Shown: piece after piece, positions 61,284 to 64,000 of the stretch
Layout of the letters: each line of letters opens with the position of its first letter
Numbering within the stretch: position 1 is the stretch's first letter
Virus record (IMG/VR): IMGVR_UViG_3300044247_000057
Span: 1-64,000 of that record
Length of the DNA stretch: 64,000 nt
Reading direction: 5' to 3' (one strand)
Origin: a virus
Taxonomy: Duplodnaviria > Caudoviricetes
Translations under genes and position numbers: made by a program
The notes under the pieces: model-generated
What the model was told of the DNA's origin: nothing
What the model saw: only the letters and a program-made list of their open reading frames with translations
Databases searched by the model: none

Positions 61284-61743
61284 CTCGCCCAACAGGCGGT
61301 ACCTGACCGAGTGGATCAACGACCGCCTGAACACCGAGATCATCTCCGTCATCGTGGACACCCCGGGCGGCGACTGGGACGGCGGCTGGTCCAACGACCC
61401 GAAGCAGGTGGACTCCTACTACCAGCCCTACACGGTGCTGGTTCCCCTCTCCAGCAGCGATTCAGACGGCACGCTGGCTGACTTCGGGTCGATGTGGAAC
61501 CTGCCGTTTGCCCTCACCAGCTACGCCGTCTCAGCCCGTTCTCTGGAGGATCAAACAGACACCGCTCGTAGAATCGTGTCTGAGACGGTGAGGTCAGATG
61601 TTGATCTCGGAGGGGTTGTCTGGGGCGTGATGGACGTGCGAACCAGCTCCATCGGAGGCATCGACATCAACCGAAGCGTCGAACCTTCAGAGCTCAACCA
61701 GCGGGATGTTGTGGCTATTCGGATCAGCCGTAAGGGGCGTTGA
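61276..61743 (+). CDS. tail terminator
   Basis: Position before tail tube; PYTVL...LPFALTSYA pattern. Confidence 0.7.
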   Translation: MASSPNRRYLTEWINDRLNTEIISVIVDTPGGDWDGGWSNDPKQVDSYYQPYTVLVPLSSSDSDGTLADFGSMWNLPFALTSYAVSARSLEDQTDTARRIVSETVRSDVDLGGVVWGVMDVRTSSIGGIDINRSVEPSELNQRDVVAIRISRKGR

Positions 61744-61744
61744 G

Positions 61745-61972
61745 ATGGCAGACAAGAGCAAGAGCGCAACCACCGCTCACCGTGGCATGGTCAGAGTCAC
61801 CGCTGGAGACAGCGAGGCATGGGTGGTGCCGTCCTCGGTGAACGCCTTCGTCCGCAACGGATGGACGGCGGAGGAAGAGTCCGGGGCTGACGTGCAGGAC
61901 CAGCCGTCCGCTACCGAGACCAACGCAACAAGCGAGGCGGCTGCCTCCGGTACGGAAGGAACAGACAAGTGA
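61745..61972 (+). CDS. small hypothetical tail-region protein
   Basis: Ends in AAGGAA RBS of tail tube with GTGA overlap. Confidence 0.65.
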   Translation: MADKSKSATTAHRGMVRVTAGDSEAWVVPSSVNAFVRNGWTAEEESGADVQDQPSATETNATSEAAASGTEGTDK

Positions 61973-62445
61973 CCCGCCTCATTCCGAACGAGAACACCTA
62001 CATCGGGTTCGTGCCGACCATCGTCGACATCCACGCTCCGAAGACCAGCGAGCTGGCGACGGCCATCGACGTGACCAGCTACGCGCTCAGCGTGACGGCG
62101 GCCACCACCGGCAACACGGTGCCCACTCCGTCCCTGGACACCCTCTTCGAGACCAGCATCGCCGGTACGGTCTCGGGCTCGTTCACCGCTGACTTCTACC
62201 GCGATGACGAAGAGGACCTGGCCTGGGAGACCTTCCCGCGCAAGCAGAAGGGCTATGTCGTCCTCTCCCGCTTCGGTGGCAGCGGCCCCGGGGCTGTCCC
62301 CATTGCCGCCGACACCGTCGAGGTCTGGCCGATCCTGGTGGTCTCCCGGACCATGAGTGCCGGTGGCAACAACACCGTGCTCACCTTCACCATGACCGCC
62401 GCCGTTCCGGAAGAGCCCGACGAGGAAGCCATCATCGGAGCCTGA
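61969..62445 (+). CDS. major tail (tube) protein
   Basis: FVPTI..IHAP...EL...DVT...D...F...IAG...F..DFYRD...AW. Confidence 0.85.
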   Translation: MTRLIPNENTYIGFVPTIVDIHAPKTSELATAIDVTSYALSVTAATTGNTVPTPSLDTLFETSIAGTVSGSFTADFYRDDEEDLAWETFPRKQKGYVVLSRFGGSGPGAVPIAADTVEVWPILVVSRTMSAGGNNTVLTFTMTAAVPEEPDEEAIIGA

Positions 62446-62458
62446 TAGTTCTTTCCCG

Positions 62459-62486
62459 CCCCGGTGTTCTTCTATGGGCACCGGGG
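62459..62486 (+). terminator. hairpin between tail tube and tail chaperone genes
   Basis: CCCCGGTG-12 nt-CACCGGGG; no T-tract. Confidence 0.5.
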
Positions 62487-62531
62487 TAGCACTCTGTGTA
62501 GCCTCCCTGTAGCAACTACAGATGAGGGGCT

Positions 62532-62957
62532 ATGACCGCGAAGATCGCGCTCGACAACACCACCCTGAGTGAAGATGCCCTCGGCGAAGACAAGATCTCT
62601 CTGAAGGACCAGTTCCTGAAGAAGAAGAAGAGGATCGACAAGCAGAAGATCACCTTGGACGGCAACGTCGTCGAGGTGACCATCCAGGCTCTGACCCAGC
62701 GGGTGTTCGACGACCTCGTTGCTGCCCACCCGAAGCGGCGGAACAAGGAGGAGGACGACCTCATCGGGGCCAACTCCAAGACCTTCCCTCCGGCTCTGTT
62801 CGAGGCATCGGTGCAGGACCCCAGGATGAGTCTGGAGGAGTGGACCGACATCTGGACCTCCGATGCCTGGTCCCCCGGTGAGCTCGGCCACCTGCTCAAC
62901 ATCGTGCTCGGAACGACCTCCCGTGGGTTCGACGTCCCTTTTGGCGGGCGCGGCTAA
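62532..62957 (+). CDS. tail assembly chaperone (G)
   Basis: Position between tube and tape measure; LVAAHP...FPPALF. Confidence 0.8.
   Translation: MTAKIALDNTTLSEDALGEDKISLKDQFLKKKKRIDKQKITLDGNVVEVTIQALTQRVFDDLVAAHPKRRNKEEDDLIGANSKTFPPALFEASVQDPRMSLEEWTDIWTSDAWSPGELGHLLNIVLGTTSRGFDVPFGGRG
62936..62942 (+). other. -1 frameshift slippery site C-CCT-TTT of the tail assembly chaperone
   Basis: In phase (GTC CCT TTT); -1 frame reads PFWRARLRQDAKFALEMSWC into ORF 62984..63328. Confidence 0.85.
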
Positions 62958-63328
62958 GGCAGGACGCCAAGTTCGCCCTGGAGATGTCCTGGTGCGCCGA
63001 GAAGGGACTCCCCCACTCGGCCCTCCTGGACTGGGAGGTCGAGGACCGCGCCAAGCTCCACGCCTACCTGATCGAGGAGTCAGACCGGTGTGGTCTGTGC
63101 GGCACGATGGGCTGGGAATGGACCGAAAACCGCTTCGCGTATACCCCCGTGGAGAAGACATGTCCAGGCTGCTACGCCCGCCACGTGGCTGGTGAGGAGA
63201 CAGGACGCCTTCCAGGGACGACAATCATTCTGGTGCCGTCGTCAGCGGCCTTCCTAGAGAAGCAGCGCCAGGGGTACGAGAAGGCCATCCGGGAGCGGAA
63301 GAAGGCGGCACAGAATGGCTCAGGCTGA
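62942..63328 (+). CDS. tail assembly chaperone frameshift extension (GT)
   Basis: Open -1 frame; CGLC...CPGC. Confidence 0.8.
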   Translation, partial: WRARLRQDAKFALEMSWCAEKGLPHSALLDWEVEDRAKLHAYLIEESDRCGLCGTMGWEWTENRFAYTPVEKTCPGCYARHVAGEETGRLPGTTIILVPSSAAFLEKQRQGYEKAIRERKKAAQNGSG

Positions 63329-64000
63329 TGACTACACCGTCACGCTTGACGCCAATACCAAACCGTACGAACAGAACATGGGCTCGGCGGTATCCGCCAC
63401 CCAGGGCCTCACTGCAGCACTAGCCGCCGCTGGCGAGCAGATGAACTCGCTGTGGAAGCGAGCCGACCGCAAGCTCACTTTCATCACCGCCGCCAATGTC
63501 GCCTCGCTGACCGCAGCAGGACTGGCCGCTGCCCGGCTGGACCAGCAGATGGAGCAGCTGCAGGCCCGGACGGTGATGGTGGACCAGAAGACCAACGCCT
63601 ACAACAGCACGGTCGCCACCCTGCGCAAGACCCTGGGGATGACCGGGGCGGACGCCATCTCTCTGGTGACCAACCTGAACCGGCTGAACGTCCCCTTCAC
63701 CAAGCAGCAAGAGACAGCCAAGTCCTACGCCCAGCTAGCAGCGGTGACGGGTGAGAACATCAACGGTCTGGCCCAGAGCCAGCAGCAGTTCATCCGGACC
63801 ATGGGCACCGGTCAGGGGGCCGTCCAGCGGTACTCCTCGATGGTCGCCAACCTGTCCCAGAACTACGGAGCCGGGGCCCAGTCCACCCTCGATTTCGCCA
63901 ACAGCATCGCTCCCCTGTCCAAGACCATGGGGATGAGCGCCCAGCAGATCACCGGCATCTCGGCAGCCTTCTCCAAGGCGGGTGCCGATGGTGGGGCAGC
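63315..64000 (+). CDS. tape measure protein, N-terminal part (runs off the window)
   Basis: Not in ORF track; ATG 63315: MAQADDYTVTLDANTKPYEQNMGSAVSATQGLTAALAAAGEQM..., Ala/Gln/Thr-rich, follows chaperones. Confidence 0.9.
   Translation, partial: MAQADDYTVTLDANTKPYEQNMGSAVSATQGLTAALAAAGEQMNSLWKRADRKLTFITAANVASLTAAGLAAARLDQQMEQLQARTVMVDQKTNAYNSTVATLRKTLGMTGADAISLVTNLNRLNVPFTKQQETAKSYAQLAAVTGENINGLAQSQQQFIRTMGTGQGAVQRYSSMVANLSQNYGAGAQSTLDFANSIAPLSKTMGMSAQQITGISAAFSKAGADGGA

Noticed and set aside
62936-62942. Tail chaperone frameshift as a novel finding
   Set aside because: Real and listed as a feature, but it is the well-known G/GT mechanism of long-tailed phages.
1-64000. DNA-modification or restriction-modification gene cluster
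   Set aside because: No methyltransferase, glycosyltransferase or queuosine-pathway motifs recognised; such genes could lie outside the window.

Overview
The window is a contiguous piece of a high-GC dsDNA tailed phage (siphovirus-type tail genes) that almost certainly infects an actinobacterium (WhiB gene, actinophage-type holin, tail tube and DUF6093-like stopper). Layout: (1) 1-10213, a leftward block of small, mostly unknown genes, many Cys/His-rich, including a classic-clade AAA+ ATPase; (2) 10214-10549, a divergent control region holding two candidate structured small RNAs, one with a tRNA-like domain; (3) 10550-20860, rightward replication/recombination genes (DnaB-like helicase, primase, MerR-like HTH, gp32-like SSB, DnaE-type polymerase, HNH, Cas4-like exonuclease, RuvC, WhiB); (4) 20844-36303, small terminase, an inserted tail-fibre module (2040-aa fibre), large terminase, small genes and holin; (5) 36522-57359, portal followed by about 20 kb of head-associated genes before the capsid gene; (6) 57383-64000, decoration protein, major capsid, head-tail joining genes, tail tube, frameshifted tail chaperones and the start of the tape measure gene. 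The most unusual system is in block 5. About ten basic, Gly/Ala-helix-rich proteins share a (V/I/F/L)-x-K-(A/S/G) motif with the scaffold and the XkdF-like prohead protease, which suggests a set of protease-processed internal (ejected) virion proteins. That set includes a probable second programmed -1 frameshift fusing one protein to a HExxH metallopeptidase, and the protease itself appears split across two genes. All family assignments come from motif recognition by eye, with no database searches. No integrase, CRISPR array or canonical tRNA was found.
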